Source: Nemertoderma westbladi
Lineage: Eukaryota; Animalia; Xenacoelomorpha
Length of the DNA: 60,167 bases
Assembly: GCA_032718475.1 (NCBI GenBank)
Contig: JAUCBJ010006840.1
Span: 1 to 60,167 of the forward strand
Direction of reading: 5' to 3'
The notes under the pieces were generated by a model, which was not told where the DNA came from, did not search any database, and saw only the letters and a list, made by a program, of their open reading frames with translations. Positions 1 to 12,005 of this stretch are shown piece after piece. Position 1 is the first letter of the stretch; every line of letters begins with the position of its first letter. The translations under genes and the position numbers were made by a program.

Positions 1-430
1 GTGGAAAGTGTATTTTTATACGGGGGTGAGACCTGGACACTGACTAAATCACTTGAACAACGAATTGATGGTTGCTACACAAGACTACTAAGGGCAGCCC
101 TAAACATCAGCTGGAGACAACACATGACAAACGCCAAGCTTTATGGTACAATACCACCTGTATCAACCACCCTCTGTGAACGCAGATTAAGATTCAGTGG
201 GCACTGCTGGCGAAGTAAAGACGAGGTCATACCAGATCTACTTCTCTGGCAACCAACTCATGGAAAGCGTAGTTGTGGACGACCTGCCATAACATATATA
301 GATCAACTTGAAAGGGATACTGAACTTGGGAGAAACGAAATTGCGACAACTATGGAGAATCAGGAAGCCTGGAAGGATCTCATTTCCACTGTCCGAGTTC
401 GCTCGACCTAGTAGTAGTAGTAGTAGTAGT
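1..430 (+). mobile_element. 3' end of RTE-like non-LTR retrotransposon (C-terminus of RT ORF, 1..411) with (TAG)n tail
   Basis: ORF VESVFLYGGETWTLT..RIDGCYTRLLR..RRLRFSGHCWR..GRPAITYIDQL matches the post-RT region of RTE-clade LINEs; the stop codon runs directly into TAGTAGTAG... (409-430). A second copy lies at 15290-15650. Confidence 0.88.
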
Positions 431-1069
431 ACTGGCCTAGTGTTAAAGTCGCCTACTGACCCAGTAAAGTTACCGAGTACCTAGATAACTGTGACTGCCA
501 GCCACCAGAAAGAAGGAGAGACAAGATGAGCGAAACCCGAAACCTCGAGGGAGAGACGACACCTCCGCGGATCCCGGACGATACGAACAGGACGATCCGC
601 GAGGCCGCGACGCGACGTTATCGACCCGCAATGCCGGACTCGCTGGAGAGGAACGATCCGGTAGCCCAGGCGGAGGGCGGCCGTCTTCCAGGGCAAGTGG
701 AAGAGTCAACACACGACGGCACACGACGTACCGATGTCGCCGGCCAGCCATAGGCCGAGGGCGACGGACGGCCCACCAGAACGGCGACGGTGGGGCCGCC
801 GGTACGACGCCGAACCAGGAGGGGAGGAGGAGAGATCGGCGATGAGGATGTCGGAACCAGCGACCGGCTCCGACGAGCCTACAACGCAACCAAGAAACAA
901 CTCAAGGAGTCTAGAGAGGGTGTAAAGATAGATCCAGGGAAGTTAAACCAGCGACTAGGACTCGAACAAACACTTTAAATACCTAGTTCGCTTCGGGCAG
1001 GGAGAACTAGCCAGTGGGAGAGCGAGGGGGGTTGCCACCGAACTATTTGAACTGTGGCGATCCGGGATT

Positions 1070-4000
1070 ATGGAGCCCCAAGTTGTGTACATAGGGCCGT
1101 ATTTAGTGGATGTTAGGGGAATTAAGTTAGTGGGTTGGGCAGACCCGCACGAGGGCGAATCCGAGATTAACCCCAAGGATTCGGTCTCGTCGATTAGCGA
1201 GAACCCCAGAAAGCGGGGGAAAATTAGTAGGACGGAGAGACGATGGGAGTCCGTCGTGACCGACAAGTCCGCTACATCCTCCACAAAAGTAAGAAGGGTG
1301 TTAGAAATAGATCTGGCGTGCCAGTTGGATATGGTGGCGCTAGACCAGAAAGAGTTAGAGAGGCAGTTGGAAGAGGGAACTGCGTTGTTGGAAAGAGAGA
1401 GAGAACTGGCGAGAGAGAATAAAGAGAGGGCTGAGAGGGTCGCGAGAAACTTTAGAGAGTGTGAGGAGATAGAAATGAGGGAAGGAAAGGAGCGGGAAGA
1501 GCGAGAGGCGAGTGAACGCAAAGAGGGAGGGGCGAGAGAGGAGAATGAGCGTAGAGAGCGTGAGGCGAGAGGGGCGAGCGAGCGAAAAGAGCGTGAGGCG
1601 AGACAGCTTGAGAGGATAGCGAGAGAGGCGGAATTGGCCGAGCAGAGTTTGCGAGAAGATAGGGAGAGAGAGAGAACGGGAAAGCGTGTGCGGGATGATA
1701 TGCACGCCCGGTTGAGGGGGCTTATGCAATATCAGGCCAAACAGAAGCGCCGATTGGAACTGGCGCAGTTGGGACTGTCAGAAAGTGAGGCTGGCTCGGG
1801 TAGTGTTTATGAGGAGCCAGAGGTTATGGAAACGTTTGTTAATACCCCACTTACAGGGACCGGACGACAGACCCAAGACTGGTGTAACCGTACGGGCGGG
1901 GGGGGGGGGGGGGGTAATAATAATACGTTAGAGAACGTTAATATTAATAGTACCGTAGTGGATAACCCTAATCAAACCTTTATTGCAGGAAATAACATTT
2001 TCCCCGATAATAGTAATTTAAATCTGAACGACCCTAATTTAAATGTAGGAAATAATTCAAATAATCTAGATTCGAATATACAAAATAATTCAAATAATTT
2101 AAATTCAAATACGCAAAATAATCTAAATAATAATCTTAATTCAAACGAACAAAATAACCCCAACTCTAACCAAAATATACAAAATAATTTAAATAATAAT
2201 CCGAATCCAGAGAATAATTCTAATAATTTTAATATTTTGGAAAATAATATTAATAATGGTGCTATTAATGTAAACGCGGCAAATGTAGGTGGTCCGGCCA
2301 GCGGGGGCCTGGTAGGCCACATAGCTAGTATGCAGGGAGTAACAAGGGTGAGAGACCCCGACGGGAGCCTGGTAGGCCACGTAGTTAGTGCGCAGGGAGT
2401 GGCGGGGTTGAGTCAACCCGACGGGAACCTGCCAGGAAACGCAGTGATAGAGGGAGAGGCGTGGGTGAATAGACCCAGCCGCAGTAGAGTTAGTGCGTCG
2501 ACTAGAGAGGGGTGTAGAAGCGAAGTAAAAGGTAGTGAAGTAAGAAGTGGCGAGTGGGGGGGGGGGGGCTACGGGGGCCCCTCCACGGAAGATTAGTGGC
2601 GAGAGAGGGGGGGCAGAGAATGCCCCACAAGAGGGATGTAGAAGTGAGGTGGGAGATAGTGAAGTAAGAAGTGGCGGGTGGGGGGGTGGGGGGGGGGGGC
2701 TACGGGCGCCCCACCACGAGAGATTAGTAGTGAGAGGGGGGGGGGGGGGCGGAAAATGTCCCACAGGCGTCGGCGGATAATGCGCGGGGTAAGTTAGGTG
2801 AACCGCGGCACCCGACGATGGAGAATAGTAGGGGGATGGCGAGTATCCCCAGGAGGGTCCAGCCGGACAGAGTAGAGTCAGATGTTAGCGCTGAGAGTGG
2901 GCGAGCGACGAGATGTCGAGCCCAGTCAGAAGAGAGAAGAAGAATAGTAGAGTTTAACCGAGAGGTCGAAGAGAGAAGAAGAATAGTAGAGTTTAACCGA
3001 GAGGTCGAAGAGGGAAGAAGTTAAGAGAATAATAGAAGAATCGTTGCTAGGAGCAACTGGAGAGCGAGGACGGACAGCGAGCTGTCGGTAGTAGAGATGG
3101 AGTTAGGGAGTCAGTGGGGTCGAACTCCAGGAGATTGCCGTCGTCCTGGAGAGACGCACCGCACGCCGAGAGAGGGGTACAGAACGTACCGATACGAGGA
3201 AGAGAACAGGAGAGGGGATCGAAGAGAAACTTCCCGACGGGATATATATATATAGCTGCCGATCGAGAGTACGGTAGTCGCGGAGAGATTGAGATTCGAG
3301 AAGATTAAACTTCGGTTCGGAAGGGCACATGCAGACTGCAGGACATACTGTAGGCCTTACTGCACATACTATTATAGGCCATGCTGGGAGAGATAGTGTA
3401 GGCGATAGGGTAGCGCAAATGATGGGATTAGATCCGGAAGTCGTGGAGTACATGCCGGTAGGTAGGCAAGAAGTGGATAGGCCTATATCGGTACCAGCAC
3501 AGCAGCATGACTATAATATGCAAGGACATAACATATATCCAGGGGAGGGGAGAGTTATTGCGGATAGATGTATGGGCCCCAATATATTAACATCAACCCC
3601 AGTACCAAACATACCGGTGGGGGGGGGGGGGGGGGGGCAGGGTGACATTCCCCCATTACAATATCAACAATACACTCAAACAGGAATAAGAACATCGAAC
3701 CCCCTGGACGAGAACAGGTCATGCGACACGGGAATATGGAGGGGGCCGTTACCCCCAATGATATACCCAACGCAAATAAGGTCAGGCCCGCTGGGCGGAC
3801 CGCACCCAACAGGAGAATCTGTACAGCATCCCTCGAACCCATTGGAAGCACAGGCAATGGGAATGGCGACACTAATCGATGCATTAAAGACCAGGATCGA
3901 GCTACCACCAGTCGAGCCATTTAAATTTGATGGAAGTAGGCCGGAAGAATACCTGCAATTTCGGCGCATGTACAGCAACGAGATATTAAGTAAGAACTTG

Positions 4001-6159
4001 ACGCAGGCGGAGTGCCTAAAATATCTACAGGTATATACGGGAGGCCCAACGTATGACATCGTGAAGCAGTATCAGGGCATCGAGGGCGGCTTCACGACTG
4101 CATGGCGGGCGCTAGACAGGGAATACAGACACCCAGCCAAGATCATCCGGCAGACTCTGAGGGGTATAACATCGGCGGTGGCCTACAAGATAACCGCGTT
4201 AGCATAAAGACGTTTGCGAACAAAGTCGAGAAGGCGTTAATCGTGTTAAAGACGCTAGACGCGCCATACGAACTCAACGCATCTAATAACATCACCACGA
4301 TAGCGCAGGCACTGCCGATCTGGTTACGGAGCAAGTGGAGGAAGATCGCCTTCTCCACTCGGGAGAAGAAAGGTGCGGAGCCAGGGCTAGAGGAAATGTC
4401 AAACTTCCTCAACTACGAAGCAGAGTTGATTACAGACCCAGTCTATAGTGAGGATAGTTTGGGGAAGGCACCGAAGACTGAATACAACCGGCCTAAACCC
4501 AAACACAATCCTGCAGATCCATTCCCGAGAGTAAGACAGTTGCAACCACACGCGGCCACACAGGGGGCTACAAGCCCACAGTTAGCTGGGGGTATGGCCA
4601 TCACCTGGCAGGGACAGAAAGAAAATAACATCACAAATAAACATAATCCCAATATACCCAGTAGGCCGAGTCTAGATAACCAAAACACTAAATCGGTAGA
4701 TATAAACCTACGCGCAATACGTGAAGGACTATACAGGGAACACTATAATCCAGGATTCGAATGTCAATTACATCGGGACGGAACCCATAAGACCATGAGT
4801 TGTAAGCACTGGCAAGCGTTGCCCAAACAAGATCGTATAGCCTACACAGACGCAAACGGTCTATGTCATCATTGTGTGGTAGAAGGACACAGATCCGGAG
4901 AGTGTAGAGAAACAGCAATCGGAGACGATGAGACTGGAGGCCAAACAATGGCTACAAGCACGACAGTAGCAAGAAAAAAGAGGAAAGTACTACTCGGGGT
5001 AGTACCTGTGAAGATATCAGGAAAGGGCGGTCGATCAGTAACGACATTAATGCTGGTCGACAGAGGAGCAGCCTTCACGCTGGTGGAGAATTGGGTGGCC
5101 GAAGAGATAGGGCTAAAGACGAGGCCGAATAGGATGGCGGTAACTACCGTCTCAAGTAAGGATGAGGTCCTGGAGATGAGGACGGGACGGTGCAAGATAG
5201 CAGCGATAGCACTGGGATGCGATTATGGGGCGACGATCCACCCCATCCACATGATAGAATCGATAAATATCAACACCAGGCGACCAACCAACATTGAAGT
5301 CGAACAATATAGATTCCTGGACAATATCGATTTCTCAATACCAGAGGTGGACGTTAGGAAGGTATCCATTATAGTAGGAATGGACTGCCCGACGGCCCAC
5401 GAGAGAATGCAGACGGTCTTCGGCGAAGACAGACAGCGGGATCCGACGGCGATCCTCACGCCGTTCGGATGGACGCTTAGCGGCCCAGTTAAAACCAAGA
5501 TTCCATCCAGGGTGACGGAGACATCAGGGTGCATGTTACCAGGCACCGTAGACGCAGAGGACGAAGAGAAGAAACCAGAGATGGTAGATGAGCCAGACGG
5601 GGAAGTAACAGTAGGAGAGTGGGCGGAGGAGAATGGATTTGACGCGGAAGACTTAGAGGCAATGGGATGGAACAAGGGTCCCAGCAAGTATCGGTATGGG
5701 GATGGAGAGGAGCGGATGGCGAGATGTCCGGAGGACAAACCGGAGGAGTGTCCGGCGAGATGTCCGGAGGACAACAGTCCGGAGGAGTGTCCAGAGGAGT
5801 GTCCAGAAGAGATGCCGGTCCGGTTGAGAGGCATACCGACAATGGGGAGGTCGAGTAAGAAGACAGGATGGAAAGGGATAGGATTACTATTGTACGTTCT
5901 GTTTTGTCTGTTCTTTCACTTTCTTTTCATTCTGCCGCCGGGAGACAACAAGGTGGGAGGTGGCATTTTGATGCCAAGAGACGAGGAAGTTAAGAAGGCG
6001 GCGGAGAGACCCGATTTTAGGGTGGCAGAAGAGGGAGAACCAATTCCTGGTGAGTTGGAATTGGCGGAGAGAGTGTGGCGAAGAATAAGAGGACGTATAG
6101 GGGGGCAGTGGGAGAATGCCTCCTGGAAAGAGTCGATGGAAGATCAAGGTGGACCTTAG
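1070..6159 (+). pseudogene. Frameshifted gag-protease polyprotein of element A (pieces 1070-2596, 2547-2780, 2818-3024, 3114-3308, 3329-4207, 4102-6159)
   Basis: E/R-rich coiled coil, N-rich tract, BEL-type gag core, CQLH..H..C and CHHCVVEGHRSGEC knuckles, aspartic protease MLVDRGAAFTLV. Some breaks lie at long poly-G runs, so they may be decay or assembly error. No RT (YxDD) or integrase DDE core is present. Confidence 0.75.
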
Positions 6160-6229
6160 AGTTTAGTCGTCCAATATTTTGGACTGAGGGGGGTGGGAAT
6201 GAGGGCGAGACGCCCTTCCCACACATAAA

Positions 6230-6945
6230 TAATTAAAAATAATTATAAATAATAAAATAACAAATAAGTAGAAAAGATAGTAAGAAAGTTTGAAGTTAGT
6301 AAGAAAGTAATAGTAAGTAGAAAGTTAGAAGAGTAGTTAGTAAAAGTTAGTAGAAGTAAGTAGTAGTTAGAAGATAGTAAGTAAGTTTAAAGTTAGTAAG
6401 TTAAGTTAGAAGTCGGCGGGTCAGGGAGTGTGGTATATTGACATGCCACGAGTAGCAGAGGGGTTGTGGGCACCGAAAGCGCCACGTAGATAGAGGTAGT
6501 AGCAGAAGGGTTGTGGGCACCGAAAGCGCCACGTAGTTAGAAGAGTTGGTAGAGTTAGAGAGTTCTAGTTAGAGGGCTAGAGAGTTAGTAGAGTTAGGAT
6601 TTAGTTAGAGTTAGTAGAGCTAGTTAGAGTTAGAGAGTTAGTAGAATTAGAGTTAGTAGAATTAGAGTTAGTAGAGTTAGTATAGTTAGAGTTAAGAGAG
6701 TTAGTTAGATAAGAAGTTAGTAAGTAAGTAGTAAGAGAGTTAGATAGTAAGTAGCAAGTAAGTAGTAAGTAGATAGAATGATAGCACAGGGGTAGCATAA
6801 GATTAGCGCCTTTGGGAGTGGTGGAGAGTACAGCGAGTGCGATTCAGGTGTGGGGAGAGAGTAAGAGTGGAGTCAGAGTGGAGTTAGAGTGGAGCAGAGA
6901 GAGAGTAAGATAGAGTTAGAGTGAGAAGTTTGAGTGAGAGAGCTT
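6230..6945 (+). repeat. Purine-rich, C-poor low-complexity tract (AGTTAG/AGTAAG-like) in the 3' region of element A
   Basis: Degenerate AGTTAGTAG/AGAGTT repeats; includes a ~48-bp direct duplication at 6450-6537. Confidence 0.8.
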
Positions 6946-7191
6946 TTAAAAATTGTGTGAGAGAAATCCACAATTGCTCAAACCGAGACGCCAGATGTCT
7001 TGGTGCAACATAGGTTGCGGTTGCACCAAGTGAGGGTAGCAACATCATACCCATAGGGAGCGGCCTGGAAAGCCGACTCCAAGAAAGAGAACTCCACCCC
7101 ACACCCGATAGTAGATCGAGTTCCAGCGGAATTGAAGCGCACTTTAGAGGTTGATGCTATCTTCTCACCGGGAAGATAGCATGGGGGGGAG

Positions 7192-7783
7192 TGTGAGCGG
7201 ATTCAATTCCGCCTCACCAACCCCCATAAAGTTGGGAAGTGGCGCCTTTAAGCAATATTGGGGAGTACGAGGTTGATTACAATCAACCTCGTATCACCCC
7301 CAATAAACGGGGACAACACAGGGCCCCAAGAGAGCCACACAATAGAGGTTATAGGTCAAACCTCTTGGGAGAGGGAAAGTAACAGTAGCGGGGGGGAAGC
7401 ACTCCCACAGAGGTGGAGGCGAGAAGTGGGATAACAGCCAATGAGAGCGGGGGGGGGGGGGGGGAGAGTATCCACTGGACGAAGGCCGTAGTAGTGTACT
7501 AATCATACATATATATTGTCCTGCTACCGGTCAGTTGTCCAGTTTACTCAGTCACTTAGGGCAGTACGGTGACACTTTAATACCGTCACCGCCGTCACCA
7601 ATATATTATCATTAACAGTATACTGTCATCTATACTGCTTGTGCTGTCATATCCTATATCTCATTAATATACATATATCTTATTATCAATAATATTGGAA
7701 GAACGACAAACTCTTTTTCCATCACACGGTGCGGCTGACGCGTAAATAAACCAAACCGGTCGGGATCCTCTGATCCCGTCACA
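7192..7783 (+). repeat. 3' LTR of element A (592 bp)
   Basis: Starts TGTGA directly after the polypurine tract GGGGGGGAG (7183-7191), ends TCACA (terminal inverted repeat), AATAAA at ~7745. The partner LTR is not in the window. Confidence 0.72.
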
Positions 7784-8133
7784 CTAAAAATGTAAAGGCG
7801 AAATAGAAGATTCCGGGTTCATGGGGACAACGACGGTGAGTTGAACTAGTTGTTTCAAATTTCAACAATTTGATAAAGATTTGTAGAAAAAGTCCGGGGG
7901 GGGGGGGGTGTTGTGTCATCAGAAAATGGTGTATAAATGAAAAAATATACTTCTTACTCGCCCAGTAAATAGTCAGAATGTTTATCCCCTCATGCAATTT
8001 TATTAGCAAGAAACCTTCGCCTGCTGGGAATATTGCCCCGCGTCTAATCTTCACCGGCTCGGATACTTATTAATTAAGGGCAAGGAGGATGTAACAGTGG
8101 CTGTAATTATACTTTTTTGGCTGTAATAAAAAC

Positions 8134-9398
8134 GGATGTAGGACAATTCGGTCCCGGACAATTAGGTCCCAAAACACTAAATAAATGGGACCGAATTGTC
8201 CGGGACCGAATTGTCCTAGGACCGAATTGTCCGGGACCGAATTATCCGGGAGCGAATAGTCCGGGAACGAATTGTCCGGGACCGAATTGTCCTAGGACCG
8301 AATTGTCCGGGACCGAATTATCCGGGAGTGAATAGTCCGGGAACGAATTGTCCGGGACCGAATTGTCCGGGAACGATAGCAGCTTTTTAGTGATTTTTTT
8401 GATATTGGTGAATGTTATTCTAGAACATTAGTAGAGATATTTTTTATGGTAGCTAGTGTTATTTACTAGCTAGAATTTTTTGAAATTTTAAAATTACTAT
8501 ACTTTTTTTTATTTTTGTTATTGGTAAGTGTTCTAGAACATTATTATATTTTATTTATTAAGGTGTAGCTTGTGTTTATTTTACTAGCTAGCATTTCCTT
8601 GAAATTATAAAAAAACTTGTGAAAACATTGATATTTCAGAATTAGGCCTAAACTGTTGCTGATTATATTAATTACCAAAAATATTAATGATACTGTATTA
8701 TAGCAGTCCCTGAATGAGATCCAGCTATTATCTAAGATAATAATTTAGGCTTGTTAACCAACCAACAACACATGCAGTATACATACGCAATATATAAAAA
8801 AAATCAGTTTTACACATTTTAAATACACACTATTACTAGCTAGTAAATAAATCACAAGCTCCATAAAAACACCATAATAGCTACCATAACTAATAATATT
8901 AACAAAAAAAAGTTAAATTTTTTTATTTTCAAAAAAATACTAGCTACATGTAGTAAAAAAAACACTAGCTACCATATAATGATATCTTTTAAGGTTCTAG
9001 AACATTCACCATTATATAGTGCAGTAGTACCAATTAAATTTGGTCCCGGACATTTCGATCCCAGACAATTCGGTCCCGGACAATTCGGTCCCGGACAATT
9101 CGGTCGCGGACAATTCGGTCCCGGACAATTCGGTCCCGGACAATTCGGTCCCGGACAATTCGGTCCCGGATAATTCGGTCCCGGACAATTCGGTCCCGGA
9201 CAATTCGGTGCCGGACAATTCGGTCCCATTAATATGCATGTTTTGGAACCGAATTGTCCTAGTCAGTATCCGGACAATTCGGTCCCGGACAATTCGGTCC
9301 CAAAACACAAAAAACATGGGACCGAATTGTCCGGGGCCGAATTGTCCGGGACCGAATTGTCCGGACCGAATTGTCCGAGACCGAATTGTCCTGCTTCC
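8134..9398. mobile_element. Non-autonomous Mutator/foldback-like element with 15-bp modular repeats
   Basis: Termini GGATGTAGGACAATTCGG / CCGAATTGTCCTGCTTCC; exact 9-bp TSD AATAAAAAC at 8125-8133 and 9399-9407; arrays of GGACCGAATTGTCCG in both orientations; AT-rich inner arms are also inverted. Confidence 0.88.
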
Positions 9399-9524
9399 AA
9401 TAAAAACAATAAAAGGGAGTTATTTGTTACATATTACAATTTCATATCATTTGGTTAGTCACGTATTTGTGGCTGTTCTGCAGTTGGAAGATTGAAACGC
9501 TGAATTAATCATTCAGTATACTCT

Positions 9525-9950
9525 CCAATAGGAACACAGCGTACTATCCAATAGCAACACAGCATAATGTCCAACAGGAACTCAGCTTAATGTCCAACAG
9601 GTACATAGCTTACTGTCCAACAGGAACACATTACTGTCCAATAGGAACACAGCTTACTGTCCAATAGGAACACATTACTGTCCAACAGGAACACAGCTTA
9701 CTGTCCAATAGGAACACAGCTTACTATCCAATATGAACACAGCTTAATGTCCAACAGGAACTCAGCTTAATGTCCAACAGGTACATAGCGTACTGCCGTC
9801 CAACAGGAACACATTACTGTCCAACAGGAACTCAGCTTACTGTCCAATAGGAACACAGCTTTACTGTCCAACTCCAACAGGAACTCAGGTTAATGTCCAA
9901 CAGTTACACAGCTTACTGTCCAATGGGAACACAGCTTACTATCCAAAAGG
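9525..9950. repeat. Degenerate ~20-23-bp minisatellite (CTGTCCAAYAGGAACACAGCTTA)
   Basis: About 19 imperfect tandem units are visible. Confidence 0.88.
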
Positions 9951-10185
9951 TTCCCTGGAAACAAAATCGAAAAAACCTGACAAAAAAGTAAAAACACCAC
10001 AATCTTCTTCAGATTCTTTCTAAACTTTTGACGGACTACATACACCATGTTTCGTTTAATTTCATCAAGGAATGACCGAGTTATTAGCGTTCAAAAATTT
10101 ACGACGACGACAGACGACGACAGACAACTCGCCAATGGCACCCATATGCTAAGGCTTCGCTCACTTCGTGGCTCGCCCCACATTA
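9950..10185 (+). mobile_element. Possible 3' end of a non-autonomous rolling-circle (Helentron/DINE-like) element
   Basis: ACGACGACAGAC microsatellite followed by a GC-rich palindrome-like end ...CGTGGCTCGCCCCACA; the same end motif recurs at ~48952-48968. Confidence 0.4.
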
Positions 10186-10342
10186 ATACTCTGTACGTAC
10201 AGTTGTAAATAGAAAGATGACAATTTGAATTAACCGCCAAAAATATATCAATTCACTGCGTCTTTTCTATCATTTGAATTTCCCGGGCTATGGAGCAGGG
10301 TGGCACCTTTTAGGGCTTGTGTCAGCTGACTGCGGTCATCAG

Positions 10343-11605
10343 GGGGCGGTATTCATAGAGTTAGTGTTAGTTACAGCTACTTAGTGACAGCTTTTAGTAA
10401 GAGCTGCAACTATGTTTAGTAAGAGCTATATGTTACTAAAAACAACTGATTTTAGTAAGAGCATTGACTTAATTTAGTTTCAACTAGCCCTTAAAAAATA
10501 TCAGTATTCATAAACTGTTACTAAACTTAGTTCTAGCCCATTTGTAGCAGTGCCGGTACTTTAACTTATGTTTATCGAAAAGCTTTCAGTTTTAACTTAA
10601 GGACGGTAGCTATGCCCGGCATGTCTCTATGTTTAGTGGTATACTGTTTTACTAGTATTGGTAGCCTACATTAATAAACCCATTAATTTTATTGGTCACT
10701 GAAACAATTCCTGTTTTCCAGTAAATTTGTTTCGTTATCAAATATATATTTCCTCCACTCAATTTAATTATCACTAAAATATATTTTTGAATAATCAAAA
10801 ATAAATCTGTTACGGCCTGTTGTAATAAAATCCCTTCATTATTTAGGTTAGAATAACGTGGCACTGTAAGCTGCCCTTTAACACATTTTAGCAATAATTT
10901 ATAATTAATAGATTTTAGTGGAAACTGAATATTTTAGTGATTTCCTGTTAAAATTTTAGTGAAAAATTAATATTTTTAGTAAGGCGATAAATTAATTGGC
11001 TACCATTATCGAATACCATTATTTACATTCGGTAATAGAGAGGAAAATAATGAAGTAGGAACCATACCGCTTTTTTATCTTGCGAAAGTTCCTGAACGGT
11101 AGAATTCTTCAGCGAAACACATTTTCCAACGGACGCGGACCGTTAGGGAGCAATCTCACCATTCAAGAATGTGAGCTGAAATTTGGAAATTTAAGTCGGA
11201 TATATGTTTAAAAAACAAAAAGCTTTACGTCGTTACATTTGACAGTTTCTCTGCAACAACACATTGGCAATGAACACAGAACGCTAGAAAAACAAGAGAG
11301 AGTATAATGTGGCCGGAGTCGTCAATAACATAATAACCATACTGTATGTATGAAGGCCAATATGCAATAAGTAAGCGGTCTTACCAACTTAGTCACATCT
11401 TCATGTGACTAGAAATTTAAGTTACAGCTAATACTAACTTAAGTAAGACTAAATTCTATGAATACGAGTTTAGCAACAACTAGTACTAAATACGTTAGTA
11501 ATAAGTAGCACCAACTTCTCTGAATACCGAATTAGTACAAGCACTTACTAACTTGATGTGACTAGGACTAAGTTCCTAGTTAGTCACATTTATGAATACC
11601 GCCCC
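10343..11605. mobile_element. MITE with 15-bp TIR (PIF/Harbinger-like)
   Basis: GGGGCGGTATTCATA ... TATGAATACCGCCCC perfect TIR, with subterminal GTATTCA/TGAATAC copies; no clean TSD. Confidence 0.7.
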
Positions 11606-12005
11606 ACTGATCACTGATTACAATATGCAACCGTCTAGGTGGGTGTAGGTCCAGTCAGCCAGGTGCTTTTTTTTTTTTACATACCGGTACTATGGCAATA
11701 TGGCTTTGGTCCTTGCATAACTACCTACAGGACCTACCGGAATAAAATATAATACTGTAATATAATTATCAATTAATATGCAGATATCACCAGGCCTATC
11801 TATAACTCGCAGGTTACAGGACCGGTCAGCCGGTACACTGCTGCACTGTAGTACTCAGGTACTGTCAGACTGGCCTACTACAGTCTTAGTCCATAGTCAG
11901 TTAATAGGCCTAATAGTAGTGGCCTCAACCCCATACTGCTGTACTGTGAACTGTAACGTTTTGCATTTTGTATACCGGTATCCTGACATCGGCCCTAATA
12001 ACGTA

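Larger units (their letters stand above)
431..7783 (+). mobile_element. BEL/Pao-type LTR element A (Gag-protease only; 5' end interrupted by the LINE or outside the window)
   Basis: Gag motif ELPPVEPFKFDG..EY..F..L, zinc knuckles, protease LVDRGA and TPFGWTLSGP; polypurine tract and 3' LTR at 7183-7783; strongly purine-rich + strand. Confidence 0.8.

Noticed and set aside
4102-4207. Programmed gag-pol frameshift in element A
   Set aside because: The break lies inside the gag core without a slippery heptamer, and the element has several other frame breaks.
8117-9495. ORFs with GPNCP/GTELS/PDNSV repeats
   Set aside because: Translations of the 15-bp module of a TIR element; open in many frames.
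11778-12005. N-terminal extension of TCEANC2 (likewise 49422-49586 for BLZF1)
   Set aside because: No homology and promoter/UTR-like composition; the downstream ATG is preferred.
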